A DNA stretch of 64,000 bases, from NCBI GenBank assembly GCA_964016885.1, contig OZ024749.1, forward strand, positions 16,430,001 through 16,494,000, written 5' to 3'. The position numbers were made by a program, and so were the translations under genes. Positions 28,904 to 41,629 of the stretch are shown here, piece by piece. The notes beneath the pieces are model-generated. The model made no database searches, had not been told where the DNA came from, and was given only the letters and a program-made list of their open reading frames with translations. The DNA comes from Eledone cirrhosa (lineage: Eukaryota). The number at the start of each line of letters is the position of its first letter. Position 1 is the first letter of the stretch.

Positions 28904-31149
28904 TCAACCTCTCAAAGACACCTCTAACCAACACACAAATCAACATTTTAAGTAAGGGCCTGAAATTTACACCTACACCACGTAAACCAAACTTCCCCGA
29001 AATGAAGGATGACATCATGGAATACTGCCGAAAGCTGCGACTAACGGAATTCTTCCACAACGACACCAACACTGAAGACGAATCACTGGTTAGAAATAAA
29101 AGCAATTTCTGCCCACAAAAGGGAAGAAATAAAGCACTGGACACGTACTGCGAACACATCACCAACTTTCCCTATGAAACAATTACAAATAAACACACGA
29201 AATCAAACCTATCTACACACGAATGGGAAGAATTATTCACACTTAGAAACAACCCTGAGATAACTATCAAAGAAGCCGATAAAGGCAGTACTGTTGTGAT
29301 TATGAATACGGACTACTATAGGACCCTCGCACTTAACATTTTAGAAAACAACACATACTATGAAAAAACAGAAAACTACAAACACACCAAAACAATGGGG
29401 AACCTTTTGACCTTACTGAATAAATACCGCAACAGCTTAACCACAAAAGAGTTTAACTATATAAGCCACTTCAAATGCAATACAAGCTCTTTTTACGGCT
29501 TACCGAAACTTCACAAATGTAAACCCATAAACGATGCATGTGACACCTCAACCAACAATTACATTGAACTAACACCACCAGAAGACCTAAAACTCAGGCC
29601 AATTATAGCAGGCCCTACATGTGAAACCCACAGACTTAGCAACTTTCTGGACATCCTACTGAAACCCTTTCTACAACATATACAGAGCTACATACGAGAT
29701 GACCTTGACATGCTGAAACACCTCCCTAAAACAGTAAGTGCAAATACAATTCTTGTCTCCTTTGACGTAATAAACCTCTACACAAACATACCTCACAACT
29801 ATGGAATAACAGCAGTCCAATACTGGCTTAACACACACCCATCAGAAATACCGACACGCATCAACACAGATTTTATCACTGACGGACTCCGCTTTATCCT
29901 ACAAAATAACTACTTCACATTCAATGGTTCAACATACAGACAAGTATCAGGTACGGCAATGGGCACGAAAGTAGCACCCACATATGCCAACCTAGTCATG
30001 GGATTCCATGAACAACAAATATACAGTCAGTCCCTTCTCTTATTTGGAGACTCTTTCCACACACACCTCAAAGCCAATTGGAAAAGATATCTAGACGACT
30101 GCTTTATCCTATGGCAAGAAGACATGAACTCACTTACTACGTTTAAAAACATGATAAACAACATAGATAATAACATACAATTCACAATGGAATCCAATCC
30201 TAAGGAATTAGCCTTCTTGGATATTCTCATCTCTGTAATAGACGGGAAATTAGATACAGATATATTCTATAAACCCACAGATTCCAAGCAATACCTCTTT
30301 TTCACATCAAGTCACCCAAAACATACAAAACTTAACATTCCTTACAATTTGGCCAAACGTATATGTACCATAGTATCAGATCCACCTAAACGGGAGCAAA
30401 GACTAAAGGAACTAAAAGACACCCTTATCTTAAGAGCCTTTCCACTTGAAATAATCAACAATGGAATAGACAGGGCAAAACACCTAAATCCCCATCAACT
30501 TAACAATCCAAAACAGAAAACCACACTCAACACCCTGCCATATGTATCCACTTTCAACCCCAGAAATACCGAAATGTTTGATCACCTACACAAAAACCTC
30601 CCCATCCTACTTAAAGATGTAAAAATGAAGTCTATTCTTGAAACACACAAGATCCTTAAAAGTAAAAGACAACCCAAATCACTTAAACGCATTCTCACTG
30701 GACCAAATATACCCAAACCAATCCTCAACCCTACAGTTACCAAATGTGGTAGAACAAACTGTGGAACGTGCCTCTACCTCACTGAAGGACAAACATTTAC
30801 ATTCAAAGATGGCCAAACATTTACAGTAAAAAACAATTTCACCTGCAACTCGGAGAACTTGATTTACGCAATAACTTGCGGTGGGTGCAAACACAACTAC
30901 ATAGGACAGACGGGCACCTCATTACGCAAAAGAATGACCATCCACCGCCAACAAATCCGGGACGCTAACACAAGAAAAATCCCCTTGAGCAGCCATATTG
31001 CGAACTGCGCAGGAATGACACTACCCAACTTTAAAATCTTCCCCTTCTACAAGTGCTCAGATTCGTTCACACAACAACAAAGAATAAACAAAGAAAATCT
31101 ATTCCTTAACAAATTTAAACCAAAACTAAACGGGTTATCACCCCAATAG
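28873..31149 (+). CDS. PLE reverse transcriptase plus GIY-YIG endonuclease (758 aa from ATG)
   Basis: ADKGS, FYGLPKLHK, LRPII, SFDVINLYTNI, GTAMGT, RYLDD, KCGRTNCGTC, LIYAITC..C...YIGQT. No disablements. Confidence 0.97.
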   Translation: MAPPQEKPKIINLSKTPLTNTQINILSKGLKFTPTPRKPNFPEMKDDIMEYCRKLRLTEFFHNDTNTEDESLVRNKSNFCPQKGRNKALDTYCEHITNFPYETITNKHTKSNLSTHEWEELFTLRNNPEITIKEADKGSTVVIMNTDYYRTLALNILENNTYYEKTENYKHTKTMGNLLTLLNKYRNSLTTKEFNYISHFKCNTSSFYGLPKLHKCKPINDACDTSTNNYIELTPPEDLKLRPIIAGPTCETHRLSNFLDILLKPFLQHIQSYIRDDLDMLKHLPKTVSANTILVSFDVINLYTNIPHNYGITAVQYWLNTHPSEIPTRINTDFITDGLRFILQNNYFTFNGSTYRQVSGTAMGTKVAPTYANLVMGFHEQQIYSQSLLLFGDSFHTHLKANWKRYLDDCFILWQEDMNSLTTFKNMINNIDNNIQFTMESNPKELAFLDILISVIDGKLDTDIFYKPTDSKQYLFFTSSHPKHTKLNIPYNLAKRICTIVSDPPKREQRLKELKDTLILRAFPLEIINNGIDRAKHLNPHQLNNPKQKTTLNTLPYVSTFNPRNTEMFDHLHKNLPILLKDVKMKSILETHKILKSKRQPKSLKRILTGPNIPKPILNPTVTKCGRTNCGTCLYLTEGQTFTFKDGQTFTVKNNFTCNSENLIYAITCGGCKHNYIGQTGTSLRKRMTIHRQQIRDANTRKIPLSSHIANCAGMTLPNFKIFPFYKCSDSFTQQQRINKENLFLNKFKPKLNGLSPQ

Positions 31150-31695
31150 AATTGTCATAAAATATAAACACACATACGCACGGAATCACTACTATTAAAG
31201 ACCAGAGACCAATTCTGTAGAATCAGGTTTATTCATTGACAGACCATGCCTTTGTGTGACCAACACATCCATGTTAAACCCTGCACGTGCACACACGTAT
31301 ATCTATATATATATGCGCACACAGAATTATTTTAATTTCACTGCCCCAACTTCTTATATTATGGAAAAAATATATGTGTCTGTATGTATATATATATATA
31401 TATATATTTGAAGGCCATTTCTCTGTGTGTGGGTGTATGTATGTGTGTGTGTGTGTGTGTGAGTATGTGTGTGCATGTGGATGTATGTATTGTGTGTGCG
31501 TGTGTGTGTGTGTGTGTGTATGTATGTGGGTATCTGGATGTATGCGTATGTGTATATATATATATATATGCATGTGTGTGTGTGTGTGTGTATATATATG
31601 TGTGTGTATGTGTGTATATATATGTGTGTGTGTGTGTGTGTGTATGTTTGTATGTGTGTATGTATATATATATGTGTGTGTGTATGTATGTGTGG

Positions 31696-31797
<102 letters not shown>

Positions 31798-31828
31798 GTG
31801 TATCTGGATGTATGTGTATGTATATATA

Positions 31829-31885
<57 letters not shown>

Positions 31886-31956
31886 ATGTGTATATATATG
31901 TGTGTGTGTGTGTGTATGTGTGTATGTATATGTATGTGTGTGTGTATGTATGTGTG

Positions 31957-32009
<53 letters not shown>

Positions 32010-32285
32010 ATATGTATGTGTATGTATGTGTGGATGAAGGTATGTGTGTGTATATTGCTTCCACCCCCTCACTGACCAGCAGCTGGCTATTGCTAAATCT
32101 GACCTTTATAAAATAACCCACACCCCAAATAACTTCTCATTCACTACCAGAAAGGGACACAGCAGTCAACCTGTTGTTGCTACCTAGATGAAAACTGCTA
32201 TGAAATCCCACAATGAATTTTATACTTGAATTTTCAAGTCTCAAATTTTAACTCTTCGTATTATTAATTTTTCTTAATATTAATC

Positions 32286-32335
32286 AACATTTGAAAAGAT
32301 GGCTTTTGCAGACCCATCGAAACCGGTCATTTTTT
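32286..32335 (+). ncRNA. Hammerhead (U3-A8 variant) in the 3' pLTR (mirror copy at about 24913-24962, minus strand)
   Basis: aacat-TTGAAAA-gatgg(cttttgcagac)ccatc-GAAA-ccgg-TC-atttt. Confidence 0.72.
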
Positions 32336-32469
32336 ATACCCTTTATTATTTCCTTACCTTATAAAATTATGTTTTTTCACAAAAAAGTATTCTGTCTCTT
32401 ATATATTCCATGTGCCATTACCAACCTCAATTTTCTCTATAACCTTCGTTTTGTGTAGAAAATTACACT

Positions 32470-32508
<39 letters not shown>

Positions 32509-32536
32509 CATATATATATATATATACACACACATA

Positions 32537-32576
<40 letters not shown>

Positions 32577-32616
32577 CACATATATATATACACACATATA
32601 TATATACATATACATA

Positions 32617-32670
<54 letters not shown>

Positions 32671-32696
32671 CATATATACATATATATATGTATATA

Positions 32697-32826
<130 letters not shown>

Positions 32827-33208
32827 TATATATACATATATATACATATATATATGTATACATTATATACATATATATATACAGAAACAACACAACTAGT
32901 TAGGAAATTACAAGTACAATCCATTAATGGAACAGTAAAAATATGTAAAACATTCCAAAAATGTTGCATCTAATAACTGCATATACACATGTACAGATAC
33001 AAAGCATATACACATGCACATATACAACTCAAAACATACACATCCACACATACAATAACATCCATATCTACACATGTATGCATATCTACCTAGTTGATGT
33101 TGTGTAAATTCCAATGAGAAAGTCTTGTGTCTATGTTAGAAACCAACTCTCTCTTTATTGGGAAAAAATTTGTGAAATTATAAAACCAGAAGAATGTATA
33201 TATATATA

Positions 33209-33512
33209 TGACCATCTCCGCTGAAAGTTTTCATGAAATAGTCTTACGACTATACAGAGCATTTGAAGTTTTTCCAAATTGAAGGATAGGTATCTTGAAC
33301 TTTATTTTATCATGAGTTAAGGCTCTATTGATTTTTCCCTCGATTTCACTAAATTCTGTGGATGAATTTATATCCTGATTCTCTTTAGGATGAGTTTAAA
33401 TTATTTTCCCCACATCTTACGTTAACTATTTTTCCCATTTTGACGCTATAGTCACTTATATACTATGGAATGCTGTTCGCTTTTCGCTGCAGTGTTTTCT
33501 ATACCTTTCATT

Positions 33513-33513
<1 letters not shown>
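33209..33513 (+). mobile_element. pLTR-type insert truncated in hammerhead stem II (family of 3183-3640)
   Basis: tttcat-GAAA-tagtc(ttac)gacta-TA-cagagc is retained; CTGATGA is lost. Confidence 0.8.
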
Positions 33514-33540
<27 letters not shown>

Positions 33541-33543
<3 letters not shown>

Positions 33544-35077
33544 GAAAAAGTGAGTCCTTCATCAGTGACCCTCCAACCGTCCTGGGCATTTCATCGCTTT
33601 AAGGGCCATATGCCTCAGGTTGGTGCGAACAACGGCTAAAAAAAGTCGTTGGGACACGTAAACAAAGGGGACGCCAGGGTAACAACAAAAAAGTTTTAGC
33701 AACGGAAAGTGAGTAGAAATAGACAAGTCCCAGATCTCTATGAATATAAACTCTGTGAAATCGTGAACAAGAGACAAAAGACCATCAAACCTGGTTGAAA
33801 TGTGAGCAAGGAAAGAATTTCGCCCAAGTTTGACGGGAGGGAAAAAAGAGAGAGAGAAAGGAGAGAAGAAGAAGAAGAAGAAGAAGAAGAAGAAGAAGAA
33901 GAAGAAGAAGAAGAAGAAGAAGAAGAAGAAGAAGAAGAAGAAGAAGAAGAAGAAGAAGATGAAGAAGAAGAAGAAGAAGAAGGGTCTGGTCTACGAATTC
34001 GGTAAACGTAAGTTTTGTGAAGTCGCAGACGAAAGAGAGAGAGAAAAAAATTCCATACCAGCTTGGTCAAGACCGCGCGAGAAAAGAATTACACACAGGT
34101 CAAACTTGAAGGAGGAGGAGGAGAGGTAGTGACAGAGAATGAGTGAGTGAAAGTTGAGGAGGAGGCTAACAGAGAGAGAGAGACTGCTAGAAGGGGTAAA
34201 GATACAAACGAAACAGACGAATGGCAGCATGGAAAAAATATATGTGTAAATATGATAATAATGGAGCTGCGGCGTTGCAAATGGGATACATATGAAAAAG
34301 TGAGTCCTTCATCAGTGACCCTCCAACCGTCCTGGGCATTTCATCGCTTTAAGGGCCATATGCCTCCTCTCTCTCTGTTAGCCTCCTCCTCAACTTTCAC
34401 TCACTCATTCTCTGTCACTACCTCTCCTCCTCCTCCTTCAAGTTTGACCTGTGTGTAATTCTTTTCTCGCGCGGTCTTGACCAAGCTGGTATGGAATTTT
34501 TTTCTCTCTCTCTTTCGTCTGCGACTTCACAAAACTTACGTTTACCGAATTCGTAGACCAGACCCCTTTATCTTCTTCTTCTTCTTCTTCTTCTTCTTCT
34601 TCTTCTTCTTCTTCTTCTTCTTCTTCTTCTTCTTCTTCTTCTTCTTCTTCTTCTTCTTCTTCTTCTTCTTCTTCTTCTTCTTCTTCTTCTTCTTCTTCTT
34701 CTTCTTCTTCTTCCTCTTCTCTCCTTTCTCTCTCTCTTTTTTCCCCCCCGTCAAACTTGGGCGAAATTCTTTCCTTGCTCACATTTCAACCAGGTTTGAT
34801 GGTCTTTTGTCTCTTGTTCACGATTTCACAGAGTTTATATTCATAGAGATCTGGGACTTGTCTATTTCTACTCACTTTCCGTTGCTAAAATTTTTTTGTT
34901 GTTACCCTGGCGTCCCCTTTGTTTACGTGTCCCAACGACTTTTTTTAGCCGTTGTTCGCACCAACCTGAGGCATATGGCCCTTAAAGCGATGAAATGCCC
35001 AGGACGGTTGGAGGGTCACTGATGAAGGACTCACTTTTTCATATGTATCCCATTTGCAACGCCGCAGCTCCATTATT

Positions 35078-35081
<4 letters not shown>
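33541..35081. mobile_element. Head-to-head non-coding insert (about 750-bp unit with internal (GAA)n), partial tandem on the left arm
   Basis: 33541-34182 is the reverse complement of 34365-35045. 33541-33615 is repeated at 34291-34365. Confidence 0.85.
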
Positions 35082-35159
<78 letters not shown>

Positions 35160-35160
<1 letters not shown>

Positions 35161-35410
35161 TGGCTGCCAATAAGTTTTCAAGCACGGCCACTACTTTATA
35201 TCCATGTAGGAGAACCCCTACGGGTGCGCTGAACGAGTGTGACTTTTTAGTCCAGCCAGTCACTTGAAAACTCTGGTACAAACACTACACTTGTGACAAT
35301 TATTGACACATAGTGCTGGGCCCATTGTACCCTGTGATGACAAGTGCAGAGAGATCTCCAGATATAAAGTAATGCCTGTGCCGTGAGCTATTATAGTGAG
35401 CAAAGGCACT
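35160..35410 (-). mobile_element. Bipartite RTE element, 3' fragment
   Basis: Matches 22970-23222. Confidence 0.88.
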
Positions 35411-35436
35411 ACATACATATATACATACATACATAC

Positions 35437-35486
<50 letters not shown>

Positions 35487-35755
35487 ACGTACATATACAT
35501 ACACACATATATATATATATATACATACACACACACACATATATATATATATATAAACATACATACATTCATACATATATACATACGTATATACCTACAT
35601 ATACATATATATACATGTATATACACATCCATATATATACATGTATATACACCTCCATATATATACATGTATATACACCTCCATATATATACATGTATAT
35701 ATATACCTCCATATATATATATAGATACATATACATACATACATACATACATACA

Positions 35756-35789
<34 letters not shown>

Positions 35790-36103
35790 ATCTGTGTGTC
35801 TGTATGTGTGTGTGTGTGTGTGTGTCTGTATGTGTGTGTGTGTGTGTGTATGTGTGTGTACACTGTATTATAACTGAGAACAAGATACCTACTTGACATA
35901 CTTACTGAAAAAACGGTGATAACACGTAATATATATGATATCACCGCGTGTCTTCACGTGATGTCTAGGATATCATATCATGCATCACACCTACAGTTTT
36001 GTCACGTGATATACTAGCTCACACGGTGGAAATTCCATTGTTCAATTCTAAATAACCGGCAAGGGTCCAACAAAATAGGACACCTCAAATGTTTTATTGG
36101 TTA

Positions 36104-37190
36104 TACTCACACACATACATACACACTTACAGAGAGAGAGACACACATACATACAGACTTACAGAGAGAGAGAGACACACACACATACACACTTACTGAG
36201 AGAGAGACACACATACATACAGACTTACAGAGAGAGAGACACACACATACATACAGACTTACAGAGAGAGAGAGACACACATACATACACACTTACAGAG
36301 AGAGAGAGACACACATACATACAGACTTACAGAGAGAGAGAGACACACACACACATACACACTTACTGAGAGACACACATACATACATACATACTTACTG
36401 AGAGAGAGACACACACATACATACACACTTACTGAGAGACACACAGACATACATACACACTTACTGAGAGAGAGACACACACATACATACACACTTACTG
36501 AGAGACACACACACACATACATACACACTTACTGAGAGAGAGAGACACACACACACATACATACATACTTACTGAGAGACACACACACACATACATACAC
36601 ACTTACTGAGAGAGAGACACACACATACATACACACTTACTGAGAGAGAGAGACATACATACATACACACTTACTAAGAGAGAGACACATACATACATAC
36701 ACACTTACTGAGAGAGAGACACACACATACATACACACTTACTGAGAGAGAGAGACACACACATACATACACACTTACTGAGAGAGAGACACACACATAC
36801 ATACACACTTACTGAGAGAGAGAGACACACACATACATACACACTTACTGAGAGAGAGACACATACATACATACACACTTACTGAGAGAGAGACACATAC
36901 ATACATACACACTTACTGAGAGAGAGACACATACATACATACACACTTACTGAGAGAGAGACACACACATACATACACACATACTGAGAGAGAGACACAC
37001 ACATACATACACACTTACTGAGAGAGAGACACACACATACATACACACTTACTGAGAGAGAGACACACACATACATACACACTTACTGAGAGAGACACAT
37101 ACATACATACACACTTACAGAGAGAGACACATACATACATACATACAGAGAGAGAGAGAGACATACATACATAGACACTTACAGAGAGAG
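36104..37190. repeat. Minisatellite of about 30-36 bp (cacacttactgagagagagacacacacatacata)n
   Basis: About 30 units built from CA/GA/CATA microsatellite pieces around an ACTTAC core. Confidence 0.92.
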
Positions 37191-37249
37191 AGACATACAT
37201 ACATACATACATACATACATACATACATACATACATACATACATACATA

Positions 37250-37499
37250 CCCATCATTATTGGTGCTATGGGTTATATACCAACCCGCTTGGACCAAAGT
37301 ATGACTGAACTTGGATTTGCGGACAAAAAGCGCAGCTCCCTAATTCATAGTCTACAAATGGCTGCGATAGCTGGCACCTTCAAAATTTGCAAAACATTCT
37401 TGCGATTCAAGGGATGACAATTTCTTTTCTTTTACAACCTTGCCACCAGGAAGGTGGCCGGTCAAAAAAATATACTCAAAATTAAGAGAAAGAGAAAAC
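37250..37499 (+). mobile_element. 3' tip of an R4/Dong-like (RLE) non-LTR retrotransposon inserted in (CATA)n
   Basis: PIIIGAMGYIPTRLDQSMTELGF...LQMAAIAGTFKICKTFLRFKG* matches the R4-clade C-terminal pattern. A-rich 3' end; (CATA)n on both sides. Confidence 0.75.
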
Positions 37500-37716
37500 A
37501 TACATACATACATACATACATACATACATACATACATACAGAGAGAGAGAGAGAGAGACATACATACATACAAACTTACAGAGAGTGAGAGACACATACA
37601 CGTAACGAGAGAGAGACAGAGACTCACACGCTCATATACACTTCCCATCCCCTTTTCCATAAAGACTTGTTACAGTGCGGGATTTAAAACTGTTTTTTTT
37701 TTTTCGACGTTGCTGC

Positions 37717-38085
37717 CAGGGCCGGATTTTGATTTGATGAGGCCCTAAGCTGTTTGAGATAATGGGGCCCTAAGCTGTTTGAGATAATGGGGCCCTTTAT
37801 ATGTTATAAAAAATGTTATAAAAACTGCAAAACGTCTTTGCCTTTCATCCTTACGGGGTCGATAAAATAAAGTACCAGTAAGGCACTGGGTAATTGCTGG
37901 CCTTGTGCCTAAAGTAGAAACAAATATTAAAGCAGAAAACTGTTTAAAACTATTGCATTATTTTATTTCTTTTTTATCTTATATTTTGGAAATGTACACA
38001 CCGTTTTATTCAATTTTCTCGGGGCCCCAAGAAAGTGTGGGCCCTAAGCTATAGCTTGTTTAGCTTATACGTAAATCCTACTCTG
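37717..38085. mobile_element. hAT-type MITE with nested SINE fragment (about 37836-37928)
   Basis: Imperfect TIR CAGGGCCGGATTT / AAATCCTACTCTG. Exact 8-bp TSD GTTGCTGC at 37709-37716 and 38086-38093. Confidence 0.85.
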
Positions 38086-38459
38086 GTTGCTGCTACGACC
38101 ACCACTCACTTTCTCTCCCTCCCTCTCTCGTTCTCTCTTTCTTTCTTTCTCTATTTCTCTCCCTCTCAATATCCTTCTCTCTGTATCTCCCTACTTCTCC
38201 TCCCCCCTCTCTTTTTCTCATACACACACACATACATACATACACGCACACTCGTATCATTCATTCCCTTTCCAACGTAACATGTTTTAAACGAAATATA
38301 CAACGGCTTTCATATCATACATCATATGTCACAGCTACCATGGCGACACGTCATATACATATACGTCACAACTACCGTGGTAACCTGTCATATAAGACAT
38401 CATACATGATGTATCACAGCTACTGTGCTAACATGTTATATATAAATATGTGTGTGTCT

Positions 38460-38562
<103 letters not shown>

Positions 38563-38756
38563 TGAGGTCACTCTCGAGTGCTACTGGTAACATGTAACCC
38601 AGTACAACCTGTCTCATGGTCGGGTCGTCGGCGACTAAACCGGCAACCTCACCCAGCTTGCTTGGAGAGGAGGGTGATATTTGGACACCCTGCGGGATGA
38701 AATACAAGACCCAGGAAAGGGCGGAAGAACTCAGCAGAGTCAACGGCCATCCAAAT
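38563..38756 (+). mobile_element. Diverged 5' leader of the RTE/bipartite family, followed by (TTTTC)n
   Basis: Aligns to 63393-63585 (gtgctactggtaacatgta.cccagtacaacctgtctcatggtcgggtc..ggcgactaaac). Confidence 0.8.
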
Positions 38757-39050
38757 AGTGTTGGGTTTATTTTTTCTTTTCTTTTCTTTTCTTTTCTTTT
38801 CTTTTCTTTTCTTTTCTTTTCTTTTCTTTTCTTTTCTTTTCTTTTCTTTTCTTTTCTTTTCTTTTCTTTTCTTTTCTTTTCTTTTCTTTTCTTTTCTTTT
38901 CTTTATGCGGAGAGGTCAAACTCCGAGGCATAAAAAGCTGAGGGCTGTCGTTGTATTTTCCGTGGCAAACATTTGCACCGAAGATATGTGTCGTCAGTTC
39001 CAAAAAGTGTGGTTGGTCCTACACAAGCCTACACCACTTAAAACAAAACC

Positions 39051-39222
39051 TTGTGTGGGTAGTTCAACATCAGTTCACTTTCTCACATTTAACTTTTGTT
39101 GGACACTCATACGTAGGATATCGACGGGAGAGTCCATCAGACTCTCCCGTCGATATCCTACGTATGAGTGTCCAACAAAAGTTAAATGTGAGAAAGTGAA
39201 CTGATGTTGAACTACCCACACA
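39051..39222. repeat. Perfect about 83-bp inverted repeat with 5-nt loop
   Basis: tgtgtgggtagttcaac...gacgggagagtc (catca) gactctcccgtc...gttgaactacccacaca. Confidence 0.92.
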
Positions 39223-39454
39223 CAGTTTTATATATAAGACATGATATATCACAGCTACAGTGGTAACACGTGATACATTTACAGGGTGTCCCAAAAGATG
39301 CATGCACACTGTTATTAGAATGCTGTTGAAGTATGTACATATTTCGGGCGGGGGGGCTTTGTATATATCACAGTTACTACGACATGCGGAGTTCAAACGA
39401 TACACGTGCTCAGAAAAGATTGTGATGGGGCGGCGGAGGGTGAACTAGAACTGC

Positions 39455-39591
39455 ATGGCGGCGAGGGGAGTGTTTTTGGCAACATTTGTAATTAGCAGTT
39501 GCTATTTGGCAGGGATCCTGCTCTATGTACTTCAACAACAGGCGTCACGGTTTCAGTTTTGTACAGTGTTCGTAAAGGCATGTACACACAC
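39455..39591 (+). CDS. Candidate first coding exon with a signal-anchor-like N-terminus
   Basis: GC/CpG-rich context; ATGGCGGCG start; MAARGVFLATFVISSCYLAGILLYVLQQQ hydrophobic helix. Splice donor uncertain. Confidence 0.3.
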
Positions 39592-39669
39592 ACAAATTCA
39601 TGTCACCCTCTTCTCGTATCTTCTTCACTTAATGTCCTAGAAGATAACGCTTTCTACCAGATGAAACCG

Positions 39670-40830
39670 CATTAGCAAGACACTCTTAAAAAGTACAAAA
39701 ACAACACTATGACTACACCACTTTAAAAATTTAAGAATTTATTCTTATATCACAAATTTACGTAACCATTTGTAAAAAGATTATAAACCGTATAACACAT
39801 TATCAAGACATTCTTAAAAAGTACAAAACAGTATCATGACTGCATCACATTAGAAATTAATCTATATATAAGTTTGAGCGACTTCCGTCCGTCCATTCGT
39901 CCGTTAAACAATGTGTGTGTGTGTGTGTGAAAGAAAGGAAAGGGATGGTGAAAAGCCTATAGTAAAACACCGGCTGGTTTCCATTTCCTAAGCTGTGTGT
40001 GAGTGTATGTTTGTGTATGTGTATATGTGTGTGTCTGTGTGAATGCATATGTGTGTTTGAGTGAATGTGTGTGTGTGTGTTTGAGTGAATGTATATGTGT
40101 GTGTGTGTATTTTTGTATGTCTGTCCGTGTTTATATTTATATACTCGTACATATACATGTATGCATATGCACTTAAACACACGCACACACATATATACAC
40201 ATACGCGTCAGCGTGTTGAAAAAATCCTAGTTCTTAAAAACTACAAAACAGCATTATGGCGTCATTGCATTAATAATTAGTTTCTTCTCTTTAATACTAC
40301 AAATGTTCATAACGATCTGTCTACCAGTAAAGATACAATAGACATTTACATTAACAAACCACGTGATACTGCACTGACATTCTTAACTACAAAATAGCAT
40401 TATGACTGCATTACATTAAAAATGAAGTATTTTCTCTAATACTGCAAATTTTCACAACGATCTGTCTACGAGTAAAGATATTATAAATATTTATATTAAC
40501 AAACCATGAGCAAGACATTCTTGAAAAGTATAAAATACCACAATGACTATCACATTAAAATGTTCACAACGATCTGTCCACTAGTAAACATACTGTAAGC
40601 ATTTGAATTAACAAACCAGTTTTCGATATTTTCAAAATCATTCATTAAAGGATGGTGGAATTTAATTTTGTCATGAAAACTAAATACATCCAGTGTGTTT
40701 CATAATTTCGAAAATAATCAAGAACTCCGAGAGGTTTCGAAAATTCCGAGAGGTTTCGAAAATAATCAAGAATTTCGAGAGGTTTCAATTAATTTCGAAA
40801 ATAATCAAGAATTCCAAGAGGTTTCATTAA
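39670..40830. repeat. Diverged about 125-bp tandem units (39670-39860, 40225-40620) and short ttcgaaaataatcaagaa repeats (40705-40830)
   Basis: Recurrent agacattcttaaaaagtacaaaa...atgactgcatcacatta and aacgatctgtc...ttaacaaacc. Confidence 0.7.
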
Positions 40831-40934
40831 GTTGGTATTTAAAACAAAACAAAAAATTCTTTGCATACAATTATGATGGAAGATATTTTTTTAAATTTAG
40901 ATATCCAAATTCAAATCCTGGGCCTTCTCAGTCC

Positions 40935-41330
40935 TGTTGAAGGAACCCCTCTCTGGTTGACATCCACAGCTTCATATCTGATCACATTGGACCATGAGGA
41001 GCCGAGGTATTGGGTCAGATCATCACGCCATCTTGCCATTGGTCGCCTTAGTTCTTCTTCACTGCCTTGGTGTCCACTCTATGGCTCTAATAGTCCACCT
41101 GTTGTCTTGGAGACAATAGACGTGACCAGCCCATCTATGTTTGCCTTTCTTAATTACGTCCTTCACACCAGTCTGCTGTAAAATCCAGGTGTTGCTCTTC
41201 CTGTAATGCTGAGCATGATTCGCTTCATTTTACATTAGGCCACTGCAAGAATCTCTACATTTGTGATGTTCAGTGCCCATGTCTCACTTCCATAAGTCAT
41301 CACCGACAGAAGATATTCATTAAACAACTT
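40935..41330 (-). pseudogene. Decayed RTE (BovB-like) LINE 3' fragment
   Basis: Minus strand: ...KKGKHRWAGHVYCLQDNRWTIRAIEWTPR, with stops and frameshifts. Confidence 0.75.
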
Positions 41331-41629
41331 TAGATGTATATACACATCGACATTTTCAGTTTTATTGGTGAACCAGGGGTGGTTTCAGACGAGTTGCTAT
41401 CAAAAGGGTTAATCCTCGCATCCTCACCCGCACCACCACTCTCTTTTACATAAGTTCGCCTCGCAATCATGACATGGCAGTGATAGAAATGGCGGTATAC
41501 CCAGATGGACTGTGTTCCTGTAAGTGTTAGTCTCTAGTGAAGAAGACACGGGGTAGCTTATAGTGTCTAACTCTCTCTGTCCTTCCCAACCTTAGCCTCA
41601 CTAACTTAGGGTAACCCTTGTTCCTAAAA

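Noticed and set aside
33738-35022. Poly-E, poly-K, poly-S and poly-F ORFs
   Set aside because: (GAA)n tract inside a non-coding inverted repeat.
35870-36097. CACGTG E-box cluster as an enhancer
   Set aside because: Only two or three short motifs in a small unique patch; insufficient evidence.
36104-37190. CRISPR-like regular array
   Set aside because: No unique spacers, eukaryotic context and no cas genes; it is a minisatellite.
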